A stretch of 64,000 nucleotides of DNA from Marsupella aquatica (lineage: Eukaryota; Plantae; Marchantiophyta): the NCBI GenBank assembly GCA_973895155.1, contig OZ316896.1, positions 14,356,684-14,420,683 on the forward strand. The letters are read 5' to 3'. A program made the position numbers and the translations under genes. Below the pieces are notes generated by a model. It did no database searches, was not told the DNA's origin, and saw only the letters and a program-made list of their open reading frames with translations. Positions 48,001-61,830 of the stretch are shown in pieces. Position 1 is the stretch's first letter, and the number at the start of each line of letters is the position of its first letter.

Positions 48001-49815
48001 TGTCATTTACTGAAGGTTTTGGCTCATTGCACTTAATTTGTTTATTACTTCACTTTACATGGAAATTCTGTGTTTCTCACTTTCAACTGAAAAACTTTAT
48101 TTTTTAATGTTTTCTCCAAGCCCAATGAATTGTTTTGCTCATTGGCTCCCAAACAATGTTTCAAATAAGATTTATTTTTTTTGTTTGAATTCTAGAATAA
48201 TTGCGCAAAGTCCAATGGCACTACGGTACAATAGAGTACAGTACAAACGACACTGGATAAGTGCAAAGTAAATTGCTCTTGCTTGCACACCTCAAACAAT
48301 GTTAGCAATTACTGTTTAACGGACAGGTCAATAAACTCGCTCCCAAATTATGACAACATTCTCAGTGTACATTTGCACTTATCACTAACAGCAATTGCAT
48401 TTATTGGTAAGTGCATGCCGTTTTTTAGTAACTTACAAAATACACTTTTAGGCCTAGGATGCCAAATTATGATGCGAGTCAAACAAACGCAAACTTTACC
48501 AATAAATGCAAAGTTTTAGGGGGTTTGCAGATCAAGTAGTGCAACCACGGCTTACTGCATACCGGATCCGTTGTCCCGAGTGTGTGCACTTAGAAAGGGC
48601 AGACTACTACAACACTGTACGAAGCGAACCCTATAGGGACACGCACGCTTGGACTCAGAGCAGACGCACGTACTCATGTACCGTATGCGTACCCACCCTC
48701 TACAGTACAGTACTCTAAACGTGTGCGACCCTTCTTTCGTCCTTCTCTCCGTCCTTCGGTTCTATCATTCCTCTGTCCTCTGCTCCTCAGCCTCCTCTCC
48801 CGTCCTCTGTCCTCTCCTCTCCTCTGCTCTCCCTCTTCCGCGCTATGGTGTCGTGCTTTCTTCTCGTCTCTTGATGTCCACGTTTGGCGAAGAAGTGGCT
48901 CTCCCGATTCTGATTTGTCCGTGCTTTTTGGCCGATTAGAGACTCTCTGCCTGCGTCGGTGTATCTCCTGGTTTTGATGTCCTTTCTGCCTTCGGCCGCA
49001 GCGGATTAGAAGGTAGACGATATCGGTGGCGTTTACGATTGTTCTCAGGATTCTGTGTCCGTGTGTGTTTGCCGGTGGTGCCTCTGCTCTGTTGACGTTG
49101 CGTCTCCAGTCTGGTCCGCTCAGGTTTCTTCCTCTTCCGTTCTTCTTCTTCCTACTTCTTCCTTCCTTCCTTCGGTTCTCTTGGCGTCCACGTTTCTCCG
49201 TCGGGAAGTCGTCCTCCGGATTCTGTGTTGGCCGAGTTAGTGTGCGAATTGCGCCAAGGCAGAAGGCTGACAGGCAGGAGGGCCGATGATGTGATGCGGT
49301 AGCGAGACGCAGGGCAGGATAGATAGGGTAGGCTAGGGTGGGACAGAACTGGATAGGACAGGACAGGAGAGGAGACGAGAGGCAACTGTAGGCCGGTGTT
49401 CTGTTCCATGGTACCACAATTGCGCTTCTTTTCAGAGAAGAAGAGAACCTGCCTGTAACATGACTGGTGGGCTAGGGTATCTGACGACGATTCTTGTCGT
49501 GGCCGAGGAGGCCTGCTGCGGGTTCCAATTTGACGGCCATTTTCGAGAAGCAAGGTTGGTGCTTGCTCTGATGTAACAGAAAGTATTAGGGTGCTGTCGA
49601 TGGTTGCCCTTTTCATTTCGTGATCTCGCATGATTGTTACGCTTTTGAGCGCAGGTCCTGGAAACCGTAAGAAACCCTAGCCTTCCAGGTCCATGTTCTC
49701 CGGCCGCTTTGCTCCCACCCGCAGAGCTTGAGATCATCATCCAGGGGGTTATTGACAGTTCAGGGGGCGCGGCTTGGCAACCTCGGCCTCCTAGCTGTTT
49801 GGCATTTGCAATAAC

Positions 49816-51207
49816 ATGGGGGGAGACCAGCTGGTTTCTTCCACGATTGCAGCTGGAGGTGGAGGGGGAGGGACGCAGCAGCTTCTAGGCCTCTATGACT
49901 GGAGAAGGGCGGAACCTAAACCCGAGGAGGAGGAGGTTCCCACACATTTGAATACCAGCACATGCGGGCTTTTTCTCGTCATATCCACAGACAAGCTGTC
50001 AGCGAAATACACCGGGCCTGGAAATCATGGCAATGATGTCGGCGCAATTCAGGGGAACCGGCCTGCTCCTCACCAAAGGCTTTTGTATTACTTCGAGGTC
50101 ACGCTGAAAGATCGAGGTCTGAGGGGATGTATTGCCATTGGATTCACCGATGAGAACTTCAAAATGAGTCGGCAGCCAGGATGGGAGCCGAACAGTTATG
50201 GATACCACGGAGATGATGGACTGCTGTACCACGGGGCGGGTAGGGGGGAGAAATTTGGTCCTACTTTCACCACAGGTGACACTGTAGGTGCTGGCATCAA
50301 CTATGCTGCGCAGGAGTTGTTTTTCACGAAGAATGGCAAGCTGGTGGGCACAGCATTCAAAGACACTAAGGGGCCATTATATCCTACTGTGGGTATGCAC
50401 AGCCAGAACGAAAAGGTGGAGGTGAATTTCGGCCAGAAACCCTTTATATTTGATGTGGATGCTTTAGTTCAGGAGGAGCGGGAACGTCGCCAGAGGTCAG
50501 TGGAAAGTGTGCCACTGGCACTGAGTGTGAGCCACAGCGTTGTGCGGACATATTTACTTCATTATGGATATCAGGACACGCTCACAGCTTTCGACGTGGC
50601 AAGTGGCGGTACCTTTCGACCCACGGTGGTTCCCCCTGCAGACCCTTCGGTATCTGGGACCGAAGATGATACATCTGAATATGCGCTAGAGCAACGGAAA
50701 ATTCTGCGTCGGCTTGCGAGAGAAGGGGACATAGATGGTGTGTTCACCAAACTACGAGAATGGTATCCTGAGCTACTCCAAAACGGTGTGTCGCAGATCA
50801 ATTTCCCTCTTCATTGCCAAAAATATATAGAATTGGTTAAAGCAGGATCTTTGGAAGCTGCAGTGAATTATGCTCGAACAGAGATGGCGAATTTCTTTGG
50901 TATCTCTCCTCTAGAAGATGTGCATTTGCAGGACTGCCTAGCGTTACTTGCTTATGAGCATCCTGAGAAATCTCCAGTTAGCTATTTGTTGCACGTAGCA
51001 CAGCTGGAGGCCGTAGCGGACGCTGTTAATGCAGTTGTCTTAGCCACGAACCCATCAAATCATGGTAAACCACCTCAATCAGCTCTGGAAAAGTTGTTGC
51101 GACAGCTTACTGCTTGTTTAATGGAAAAACGGCAATTGAATGGGGGCCAAGGAGAGATATTCACGTTGCAGCGGGTTCTTCAAGGCGGGAAAGATGGTGG
51201 GTGGTAG
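49816..51207 (+). CDS. RanBPM: Ran-binding protein M / RanBP9-10 homologue (GID1-like scaffold of the CTLH E3 complex): SPRY-LisH-CTLH-CRA, 463 aa
   Basis: SPRY (YYFEV, QPGWEPNSYGYHGDDG, FFTKNG, LYPTVG, VNFGQ), LisH (SVVRTYLLHYGYQDTLTAF), CTLH (RKILRRLAREGDIDGV, LHCQKYIELV) and CRA (ALLAYEHPEKSPV, VADAVN, SALEKLLRQL). Confidence 0.96.
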   Translation: MGGDQLVSSTIAAGGGGGGTQQLLGLYDWRRAEPKPEEEEVPTHLNTSTCGLFLVISTDKLSAKYTGPGNHGNDVGAIQGNRPAPHQRLLYYFEVTLKDRGLRGCIAIGFTDENFKMSRQPGWEPNSYGYHGDDGLLYHGAGRGEKFGPTFTTGDTVGAGINYAAQELFFTKNGKLVGTAFKDTKGPLYPTVGMHSQNEKVEVNFGQKPFIFDVDALVQEERERRQRSVESVPLALSVSHSVVRTYLLHYGYQDTLTAFDVASGGTFRPTVVPPADPSVSGTEDDTSEYALEQRKILRRLAREGDIDGVFTKLREWYPELLQNGVSQINFPLHCQKYIELVKAGSLEAAVNYARTEMANFFGISPLEDVHLQDCLALLAYEHPEKSPVSYLLHVAQLEAVADAVNAVVLATNPSNHGKPPQSALEKLLRQLTACLMEKRQLNGGQGEIFTLQRVLQGGKDGGW

Positions 51208-52779
51208 CTAGGATGGCACAGGGAAGTATGTCGGGTTCATCACAATTGCTGCTTCTGAAGGTGGAACTGAGCTCCACCGCTTTCTAGAAGCAGCAGCTGG
51301 AGAAATGAGAGATAATTCGGTGGTCTGTGAAGAGCGTTGCCTATACGTTACCAAACTCCGTGCAGGAGACTGGTTTAGGTGACTCTCTCACAGTATGGCG
51401 AAGGCAGCTCCGGAGAACTTGGGAGGATTTCAAATTTCAAACCACTGTTCCAAAGCCCCTGGCGTTATGAATATGCAATGTGCAGCGAGGTTGTCTCTGA
51501 AACGTTTATGCTCGCGAATTTTCTCTGATTATTTTGTATAGTTTCAAAATTGTTACAGTCTGAACGCCATCGAGAAAAGTATGAGAAAGCAGGTGCATGG
51601 AGCCAGCTAGTCAGCCATTTTTTAGATCATGAACTCCAAATGCAGCTACAGGGTTCAGTTCAATTCATACAGGTCCATCTGGGGAATTCCCTGGCAAGCT
51701 TGTGGATGCTTTACGGTCAGGGTTACGTTGCTCTTCTCGTGCCGGCAATCCTCAAAGGTGGATTTCCAGAAAGTTAAATAGGTTGGATCGGCACAGTTTA
51801 GAGCCGCCCACCTAGGCAAGGAGGAAGGATTCCTTATCTGTGGGAATATGTACAGCTTTGAAACAGCCTTGCCAGAGTGCTTGCATAAGGCCGAATTACC
51901 ATAAATTATATCTTATTCGGTGGATGTTATCAAAGTCCAGCATATGTCGTCGGTATTAATCTATCTTGTTTAACGCATTTTCAGTATGTAGCGGAACTCT
52001 GTAGATGCACCAGGGAAAAATCTGTGAATAAGACAATGTCAATGCGGACAAGTTTTCCCTGCAATGTCTGTCGTTTACCGAACTCGTTGGGGATGTGCTT
52101 TAAACATCGTTTGCACCTCACGAATGCCTGCCTGATTATCCAACTAAAACTATTGATGTTTCTCGAGCAAGTTCACCTTCGCCTGAAACAGAGACATGTT
52201 GATTGCAAATGCTCCTCACAAGATAAATATGTAGGCTAATCTTGACCTGCCCTTGGGACACTTTAAAAGCCTCATTCCATGTGTCACTAGTCACCATAAA
52301 AAGATCTAACACTCAGCACCTTTTGTAGAGCACTTGCCAATAAAAGATTTTACACTCACCATGCTCAGAGCCCATTCTTGAACCTGGTCACTTTATAATG
52401 AGAATTACCCTTTATAGGAGCAATTGTGGCACGAGAGGCAATCTCAAGGACGATTAATGCCTCTAATCATACTTAGTCGGGCAGCTGGGTCCTTGGGCAG
52501 TTTGTGGTGACAGATCACCATTTCTGAGTGAGGGACGAGCTTTCACAATCAGCCCTGTCCCTCCTGTTTTCGCCGACGCCCTAAGGACCCAGCTCCTGTC
52601 CCTCCCGCAGCAGCCCATCGGCCCGATCCTGTCGCGACTGCTCCAAAACCCCATCCCATCAAATTTTGCACCCAAACCCCCGCCGCCAACGTATAAGGTA
52701 TGAATCTTGTGAATGTCATATGTACGTCCCACGTTGTCAAACCCTTTCAACGATTGGGCAGGGTACAGATTCAAATGAA

Positions 52780-54940
52780 GGACCAATCATGGCGCGCAGT
52801 CGAACAAGAGCTCCTTATTCTCTCTGTTTTGTTGTGTGTGCTCTCGTGGTTCCTTCAAGCAATTCCATCATATACATTCCAATTTGCATTCAAATTTGTG
52901 GGCAAGCATTGCACACAATGGCCGACCTTCACCGGTAGGGAATGACAAGGATTTGCAAGAGAGGACGCACCTTTTCCGAGAGGCATTCAACATTGTCAAG
53001 GACTCAAAAGGAGGCAAACGGGATTTGCAACAAGATTCGACCTTCATGTAGACTTTGCAGGACAAGTTCAGTGACATGAATGTCAAACATGGTGTGAAAG
53101 GCACCATGACGGGAAAGTGTTGACAGAGGACCTCAGTTTCTTGACAATGTGTGGACGCAAGGGATTTGCCTCTATCATTGTTACCATGGAGAACTTTGAT
53201 GAGAAATCTGTTGAGATTTATCTAGAAGACCCCCTTGTCGCACATTTTTGGGCAACAAAAGAGATGAATGTTATGGTTCGGCTTGGGTGTGCTAGTATGT
53301 CCAAGATTGTGATCTTATCATGCTACCAAGGGTGAACTCAGAGTAGAAGAGGCTTGTGGGTGAGGAATTCAAAGCCATCCGAAAAATAATTTTCAAGAAG
53401 CCTGGTTCAATCGGGAGTGGTGCTTCTTCTGCTGATAAAAGATCAGAACGTAAAGAACCTGCAAAAACTGCTGGAGGTACTAATGTGGACGAGCCCGCAA
53501 GTGGTCAAGTTGCAGGAAGTGGAAGAGGGAAAGGGAGAGGTAGCACTGAGGGTAGCACCAGGGGAGATGCCGTGGGCCCTTTTGGCGGTGGGAAAAGGAG
53601 CCAGGAGACTGGAGTTAGTGGAGGCAAAGGAAGGGGCTGCAGCAATCGTCGAGGTCATGCAGCAGGTGCATAAGAAGCGTCTTCCAAAAATGCAAGCAGG
53701 AATAGAGGATCCAAGGGATCAGGGCCATGTGGTTCTGGAGTCAACATTAAGAGGAAGGGAACAGGCTTGAGTGAAACCGCAGCTCCGACCAGTACATCAG
53801 CTCCAGCTAGTGGAAAGCATTTGGTTCCATCAAATGTACCCATTGCGGTTCCTATGATGCGATCGGTCAGTATTATCAACCAATAAATATCTCACAATGT
53901 CTTTCAATTTTGTTGAATGAATAAGGATTCCGATAAAGATCTTGCAATTTCTTTCCGTAATTGAATTCCTAGCAATTTTTGTAGATTGATGAAGAGGAGG
54001 AGACAACTCTTTTGATGTATGAGATTGATGTCATCAAAGCGGAGCTCAGTCTGATGCAACAAAGGGTGCAAAGGGCAACTATCCTCCTGCATGTTGACAA
54101 TCTAATTTTTGATGAAGATTAAGATAAGTCAAATTTGATTAGATTTATTGGTGGACAAACTGTATGTGGACAATATCAAGATATTGCTAATGAAAACCCC
54201 ACTAACTTCAGTGCACCGTTTGTACTTTGTGTGGATTTGGAGGATTGTCCCACAACCTAGGACTAGGACATTCTAAAGTCAAGGATATGGAAGTATAGAA
54301 TTATTGTAGGGAATCATGGTGCTCGGGCATAATCCAAGTTGTATGTACGGTTAGCAAATTTATGGTGAGCTGGAAGTGTGGGTTTACGTTGGATTTACCA
54401 AATCATAGGTCCAAAGTTTGGCTTCCAGCATAATCATGACCAGGAGTATAGAAAGAACATGAGTCATATCGACACAGTTTGTGCTTGCCACGATATCTTT
54501 GTTGATGTGGGGTTGAATAAGGATGTTTGCAAAGCTTGTTGTCAAGAATGCATGCTGGATTACACGTTTGGCATTCGTGACACCATGGCTAAACATGACC
54601 CAACTTTCTAGATTGCTTTCCAAACCGGTGAAATTTGGGATCTTTAGGAGAATTCCCAGATGTGGGAGAAAAGTAGTCTTGGGACAACCAGAGAAAATCA
54701 TGGCAAGTACAAATGCAAAAGGAAAGGTAGAACCTTTGACGCTACAAGAGATTAAATTGAATAAACTCACAGACACTAGGAAGAAATCCACCCTCTCTGA
54801 GACCCTCCCCCATGTGACTTCTGTGAGACCTTCATTAATTTGTGACTCCAAGTTTGTGGGTGTCATTGGTTATTTAAATCAACTTAGTTTTCCCAAGGTT
54901 TATAAAAGTCATTTATACCACTTATGGGAAAATTGCAATT
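52780..54940 (+). pseudogene. Decayed coding sequence, probably TE-borne, with a ParB/Srx-like motif region
   Basis: Frameshifted, stop-interrupted reading PFVLCVD..WKYRIIVGNHGARA..VWVYVGFT..LA..HNHDQEYRKNMSHID at about 54215-54480. Boundaries are approximate. Confidence 0.45.
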
Positions 54941-55429
54941 GAGACACTATTAGGTCGCCTAATATGTAAGTTACATTTGTTACTCTACATTAGAGTACAT
55001 TGAATGAGAGCATATGCATGCAAGAAGTCTTACATTATAATGAGACCCGACTTGTGCTAAACATACAAGTGTTACTACATAACCTTTTTACCCCAACCAT
55101 AGCCAAGCTATGACAATTTATTTAATCTCTACCAATTCTCCTCATTGAAGGGGTTCATGAAAAACTAGAAATAGGACTTAGATTATATTCTATTGGGCCT
55201 AGCTCATATATGTACGTAGTGTACATATATAAGTTTGGTTGTACTTAGGGTTAGTACGTAGCAAAGTCATGTGCACCACCAACAAGTGTTAGGGCATCAG
55301 GGAACTATGCCCCCAAACGTACAAAACTAATCCCAACTATGTCCCAAACTAGGGTCCCACAATGGCATGTAATATTAATTGGCCTCATTCTTATGTCTAA
55401 ATACCCTTGGTAGCCGGTTCCACAACTAG

Positions 55430-58400
55430 GCGTTGCTCTCAAATAAACTCATATGTAGAAGGAATCTTGCTTTCCGTTCGCCAAGCTTCTGGATTTATGA
55501 ACCAGGAGTGCTCTCTTGGTGTCCTCCCCGTGGCCAACACAAATGGCACAACCCCTGTCGCCAATGCTTTGTTGAGTTATGCCAAAACTCAGCCATTGTT
55601 AAGTGCTTGGCCCAATCTTTCTAATTGGTTGTCATCAAATGACATAAATAATCTAACCCTTCCACGATACCGTTCAACCGTTTCGTTTGGCCATCTGTCT
55701 CATGATGATACACTGATCCTCTAGTAAGGTTTGTGTCGGATAACCAGAACAACGCCTTCTAGAAGTGGCCAGTGAACTTAGTGTCGCGGTTGAACAGGAT
55801 GTGCAATGGCAATCCCCATTGTTGGAAGACTTTGTCAAACACTAGACCGACAACTTCTTGGGCCGAACCCATTTTTGTAGTAGGCAGGAAATACGTCATC
55901 TTGGAAAAATGATCAACAATCAACGATCAAGAACTTAGGTAACCAAACAATGAAGTCCATGGAGATTGACTCCCATGGCACCTTGGCTACTGGTAATGGT
56001 TGCAATAGTCCTCCTTTTTCACTATAGATCGTTCGGTTCTTTTGGCACAAGTAACAACTTTGCACATGGCAAAGAATTGATTGCTTCATGTTTGGTCAAT
56101 ACACATCTCGCGGCATATTGTGGTATGTACGTAGCAGCTTGTCCGCCATGCCCTCCGCAAGGTGAGTCATGGTACTTTTGAAAAAACTCAAGTCTGAGAG
56201 ATTTGGGGATGTATACGCGCCTCTGTGCGCTTGTATCGCCAGATTGGACATTATGCATGGTATCCAACCCCAATGAAACGTGCCTAACCTTGCCTTGGCT
56301 ACCCCCACGGCTTTGTCATTCCCTAGGTAACCTGTCATCCCTATATGCTGCGGCCTGAACCTTTCACCACTCAGATTTGAGCATCGTGATCCCATTGACA
56401 CGATGATGGTCCCTAAACAATAAAGCGTCAGGTGCCGTGTTTGTTTCCCAAGATTGTGGCAAACTTCAAAATCAAAATTTGCCAAGAACAGCCAGCGCAT
56501 TTCCTTAGGGTTCAGTCTTGGGTTAGAATTAAAATACCCTGTTGCCAAGCTATTTCTGTGTATTATCACCTTGGGACTGTTCTTAAAGTAAATCTCATAT
56601 TTCTTCAATGCATAGATCATTGCATACATTTCTCTTTTGGGGGTGATCTAGTGATTTTCCAACTTACATGACTCAAAGGCCACAGGACGCCCGTCTTGGT
56701 GTAGACAAGTGCCAATGGCATAATCACTTGCGTTTGTACAAATCTCGAACGACTTCTCCATCTCAGGTAACTTTAAAACTGGTGGCGTTATCATAGGTTG
56801 CTTAAGTTTTAGGAATGCTAGCTCACAATCCTTTGTCCACACAAACACTTTGTTTTTCATAGTTAACGCATTCAAGGGTCTCGCAATCTTTGCATAGTCC
56901 TTCATGTATCTCCGATAGAACCAAGAAGACCCTAACCTGCCTCACATTGGATGGGGGTTCCCATTCTAGATTAGGATATCATCAATAAAGAGTACATCTC
57001 CTTGGTCCAACAAGTCATCAAAGATGATATTCATCATCTTCATGAACATTGTGGTTGCATTACACAACCTGAACGGCATAACCAAAAACTTGTAGGATCC
57101 AAACTTTGTGAGCACTGCCATTTTATACTCATCCCTTACTCATGCAGGTCTGGTAATACCCAAACACCAAGTCCTCCTTTGAAGACTTCTTTCCCTTGGA
57201 GAGGCAATCAAATAGGTCATCCATATGAGGTAGCAGATCATACTTATTCTTTACCATTTGCTTATTGAGGGCTCGGTAATCTGCGCACAATCTCAAAGTA
57301 CCATCCTTTTTGGACACAAACAATTTGGGCGCCCCGTAATGGCTCTTACTAGGATGAATGAAACCTTGGTCAATTAACTCTTCCAGAGCATTCTTCAACA
57401 TCATTTTTTCCTTCAAGTTTAGACAGTAACAAGCTTTTGCTTGTGGAGGCCCTAGCTCCAACTCAACTTGGTGATCCACTTCCCTCCAAGGGGGCAAACC
57501 TTTAGGTAGCTTCTAAGAAAACACATAATTGAATTCCTCCAAAATCTTGGGAATTTGACCACAATCAGGCCCAACCTTAGGCTACTTAGCAGCCTCCTAA
57601 ACAGAGTGGAGATGAAAGAAGAAACATTCATCTCCACCCTTAAAATCCTTCCACCATTGCTTCGCCGATACACACGGAAACAACCACGATACTTTACTTA
57701 CTTTGTGAAATCTTTCTTTATTTTTGTTAATTTTGTGTACAACCATGGGCTCACCGCCCTCATCAAGAAAACTTACCACCACATCTCCCGATTTCAAAGT
57801 AACATTGTGCCTTCTAAGACGTACAACATCTCTTGACTAACAAAATTTTGCTTCTTGCCTCTGACCTCTACTCAAAGTCTATATACCACTCTCGACAATA
57901 TCCCTTTTGTGTCGTTAGCAAACTTGCAGACTAATGGTTGTAATAGCTAGACCTTGTATGTCTACCCCAAGATGTGCGATCGCCTGCCCGCTTATGAAGC
58001 AGATGGTCATGCTTGTATCCACCAAAGCAACACCCGCATTACCGTTAGAAGTGACATTCACAAAAATCAGCTTGTTAGGTTTGATTGTCTTAGCCTTAGG
58101 TACTTTCTTATGCAACAACATCTTCTCCCTGGAAGGAATTTCCACTACTGGAACTTCTTCAACTACTAAGGGGTCCCTTAGAGTGATACTTATCTTAATG
58201 CTTTTTGGCCCCGCATCTTCGCTTGGCTTTTCGCCACATGTGGGGCAGTCTTCACTTTGATGATCAAATGCGCCGCATTTGTAGCATGAGCCTTTTGCTC
58301 GCCGTTTCTCCATGAGTGCTTCCTTCTTCGCCTTTGGCCAAGACAAAGGTCCCTTTTGAAAGTTGTTGGTCTTCCGGTTGCACTTTGCAGCACCTCCATT
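55430..58400 (-). mobile_element. Decayed Ty3/Gypsy LTR retrotransposon gag-pol (zinc knuckle, PR, RT, RNase H, IN)
   Basis: In order: CYKCGAFDHQSEDC; ALVDTS (protease-like); [26 protein letters not shown]; YAKIARPLNALT..FVWT..TNASDYAIG; YHDSPCGGHGG; TDGQTKRLN..WAKHL..AEF.HN. RT-RH-IN order indicates Gypsy. Many frameshifts and stops. Confidence 0.93.
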
Positions 58401-60411
58401 TTGGGACTGAGTTTTTGTTAACCGCTAGAGTTGACTCTTGGCCAAATCCTTTGATTAACCATCCAACGTGTCTTCGAACTTCATTAGTGCTTTTTCATTT
58501 ATTGATTAAACAATGTACCGCCTTTATCAGATTGATTTCTTGTGCACATTTTGCCTATTACCCGGGCTTTCCAACAATCATGCAGTGTCGACTTGTGCAA
58601 TTACTCAAGACTTTGGTCCGACTCTCACTGGTCGCAGACCCCACCTATCACCTAGATTGAAGGTTAAGTATCATCTAACCCTCAACTAATATTTATTTAA
58701 AGAGGATTTCTAAACCCATTGTGGTAGATTCCTCTATTTCTATTTCTTCGTTCACAATTACTCTCTTCCATCTTTCAATAATTTGTCTGCATTTCCTTGG
58801 TGCATTCTCTAGCCCAAATGGAATGCACTTGAATTGAAATGACCAAGCAAAGGTGGGTTCTTTCATGTCCCACTACTTTGAATCTTCCTCTTACAACATT
58901 ATTTGCAAATTTCTAATCATTCTAATCTTGCAAGGTTACTTAATGGTTTGCAATTGCAATCTCCACATGCAATATAACTCCTACTCTTCCTTTAAAAGGT
59001 TCTAACCAAATCCATATAAATTTCCTATTATCAAATGTTATCATTTCTAACCATCTTCTCTTCACAATCAACTCTTAACTTTAATTCTATTGACATTCAA
59101 CAAATACAAGCTCTATAATCAAATGTTTTCTGCAGTTCTACAAATAGGTCTCAATTGCATCTTCCATTCAATGATCACATCAATTTCTTTACATGGATTT
59201 TCTTCCATGGGCTTCCATCTCTACCTCCAGGTCTAGCAATACGACACTACCTCTTCCTGGGCTACCTCCCTAGCCTCCCGATCTTGGAAAGTTTGCACAA
59301 CAAAAGACCCTTTCTCACTCCTACTCGACTAGCCTATACCCTTCATACAAACAGGTTTTTCCTAACTTCTCCTAACCATCAGCAGTTGTAACTGCCAAAT
59401 TGTTTATTCGGTTTCCGTAATAGTATTATTCAACTAAGGCTACTTGTTGACTGCTAATTGTTTCTACTTGTCCATTAACAACTCTTGTTGATAAGTAACT
59501 ATTAACTGTTACTGACTACTAAATAGTGCACGGTCACTTCATTGGTTGTTTGTCAATTAATCTTACTCCCAAGTTGTTGTTCTCTGGTTCTTCCTCTATC
59601 TTTGTTGTTTCAAGCTTGAGTTCATGTACGTATTGTCGCCTCTACTTATTCCACTCTTAGTTCTCCTATTGGTCAATAATGTGTTGAGCTGGTTCTCATC
59701 TTATGAAACCCCAATATCTGTATGGTCCTTTTTCTCTTATCTTCCGTAACTCTTAGAACCCAACACTCATTCATGGCGCGACAACAATTCCTTTCTTGTT
59801 CACTAACTTGTTTATGAAATTCATGTCCAATGATTCCAAACAATTGACAGCTAGCTTCTTCCTACACTTGGTAATATATCATCATTAATTTGCACAAAGA
59901 AATTGTACGTATATTGTCCTGAACCGATTGGCTCACAAAAATGATTCACCTGGTTTTGCCTTGGTGCTCCTATACTCTATTCTTCTCTATTCAGTCTAGC
60001 TCTTTGGGCACTTAGCCCTAAAGCACACAACTTCCCATCATCCAGTAGGATATCGCATCCTTCATAGACCAAGTTGATGCCATGCATGCCCCAGAATTGC
60101 TGCAATAGTGACTCCTAACAAGCTCATAATTCCTGATTGATCCATCGCTACAGAGCTTTCTCCTATAATTCCCACCGATCAAAACTTAGCCTAGATACTA
60201 CACAAAATGAGGCTTCCTTCTGTTTCACATAGTTTAAATACTAGTTGCTCTAACAACTTAACCCCTTCTTTACTCTAACTTTGTAATTAACTTAAAGATT
60301 TGGCTAATCTAAAACTTGATAATTTTCTACTACTTTAGGATCCGAACTACCGGGCCCAGCCCTCTCAGGCTGCTTGTGCTTGTTGTCAGGACCCTTTGCT
60401 TTACCAACTTT

Positions 60412-60954
60412 CTAATGACCTTCAGATTCCTTGCCACCCACCTTTGCCAAGTGCGGCCGGTTATTCAGTGTAAGCATAGTGGCCTTGTTGAAGGCGTCAA
60501 GAAGTGTTTTAAAGTCATGACGCTTTTTTTGCAACTTTTCCATAGCAACGGTGGGAGTTTCACTATAAGTTGTGGAGCTGCGTATGAAGGGTCTCTTCCC
60601 TTGCCTGGATACACACCAATGGGTTTTGGTAATAAGTGATGAACTTTTGGATATCACCCCCGAACCTCATCTCCATTACACATTTTTGGGCATGCCGCTC
60701 TAGGTACTTAGTGGTGACACAGGCACAGATCCCTCAACCAGGTTTTTCCAAGTCAGTGGAAAGGAGGAGTCATCTCGCACATTCTTCCAAGACTTGTACC
60801 AAGTCAAGGCATAGTCCATCAGGTAAGGAGCGACCGTGGTAGCCCAAGTGGAGCGCTCTATGCATGCTTGGAGATGAATCTCCATTGTGAAGAGCCAACT
60901 TAGGAACTTTAGTCCACTTTGTTTGTAGGCTCCAAGAGTCGGTAGTTGGTTCAC
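60412..60954 (-). pseudogene. Gag capsid-like remnant of the Gypsy element
   Basis: SWLFTMEIHLQAC..ALTWYKSW..LTWKNL resembles retrotransposon gag. It lies between the PBS and pol on the same strand. Confidence 0.6.
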
Positions 60955-61814
60955 TTGAAAAGGAACTTTAGTCCACTTTATTTGTAGGCTCCAAGAGTCG
61001 GTAGCTGGTTCACTTGAAACATACTCCTTTCAACTACCATTCCCCCTCAAGACGCGAAGCACTCTGACTACCCAGACTTAGTAGGTACTTGATTTGAGCC
61101 CCCTTGTTATGCTCCAACTGCTCATAAATTAGACATTGGTCTTGAGTCAACGGTCCCAAGCCATTGTCACGGCCGGGGCCTTGTGGGTTGTATGAGGACA
61201 GTCCTTCAGTCATCTTTCCGTTATGGGCCTCCTATCCTTTAGTTCACATGATTGTGGACTTTGGTGATACTGCCCGCGTCTTGCGAGCACCATGACTTCC
61301 CAAGGCTGTGGCATCATCCTCTTGATGAACTTGGTCATTCTTGGTTAAATTATCCACAATGACATCCGGCTTGACATAATTTTCTGGTTCCTGACCACCC
61401 CCTCTGATTTGGCCTCCAAATCATTGTCGCTACTTTCCCGAGTTGGTGTTGTCATTGCTTTACTCGTATTTTGGAGGATCGGGTACCTCCTTCCCCTTAA
61501 CTTGACATTGCTCTGCATTGGATGTGTTTGCCACAGTGACCAATGATTTGGCCACCATGTCTTCATCCTCTTTTTTGTAGTGCTTGTCTAGGGAAGTCAA
61601 TTCATCATTTTTTGTTCAATCAGAACTTGTGCCCTCCCTTTGGTTAGGAGAGTCTTTTTGCCACTCTTTTATCAAGTGTTCTTCACCATGTCTCTAGCGA
61701 CCGAGTCTGCCCATAGTGGATCCTCCGAACACATCAAAGCACTAAGTTCCCACAAAATTCCACTAGGATTTTTTAATTCCGACCAACTCCAGCCCGACGT
61801 CTATGCAAGCAATC

Positions 61815-61826
61815 GCTTTGATACCA
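61815..61826 (-). promoter_or_regulatory. tRNA-iMet primer-binding site
   Basis: The minus strand reads TGGTATCAAAGC (consensus TGGTATCAGAGC), 4 nt after a ...CA LTR-like end. Confidence 0.75.
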
Positions 61827-61830
61827 CAAG

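Noticed and set aside
48649-49740. ORFs up to 247 aa upstream of RanBPM
   Set aside because: Low-complexity CT/GA-rich leader sequence. The frames are not preserved in the duplicated copy at 33.2-34.4 kb.
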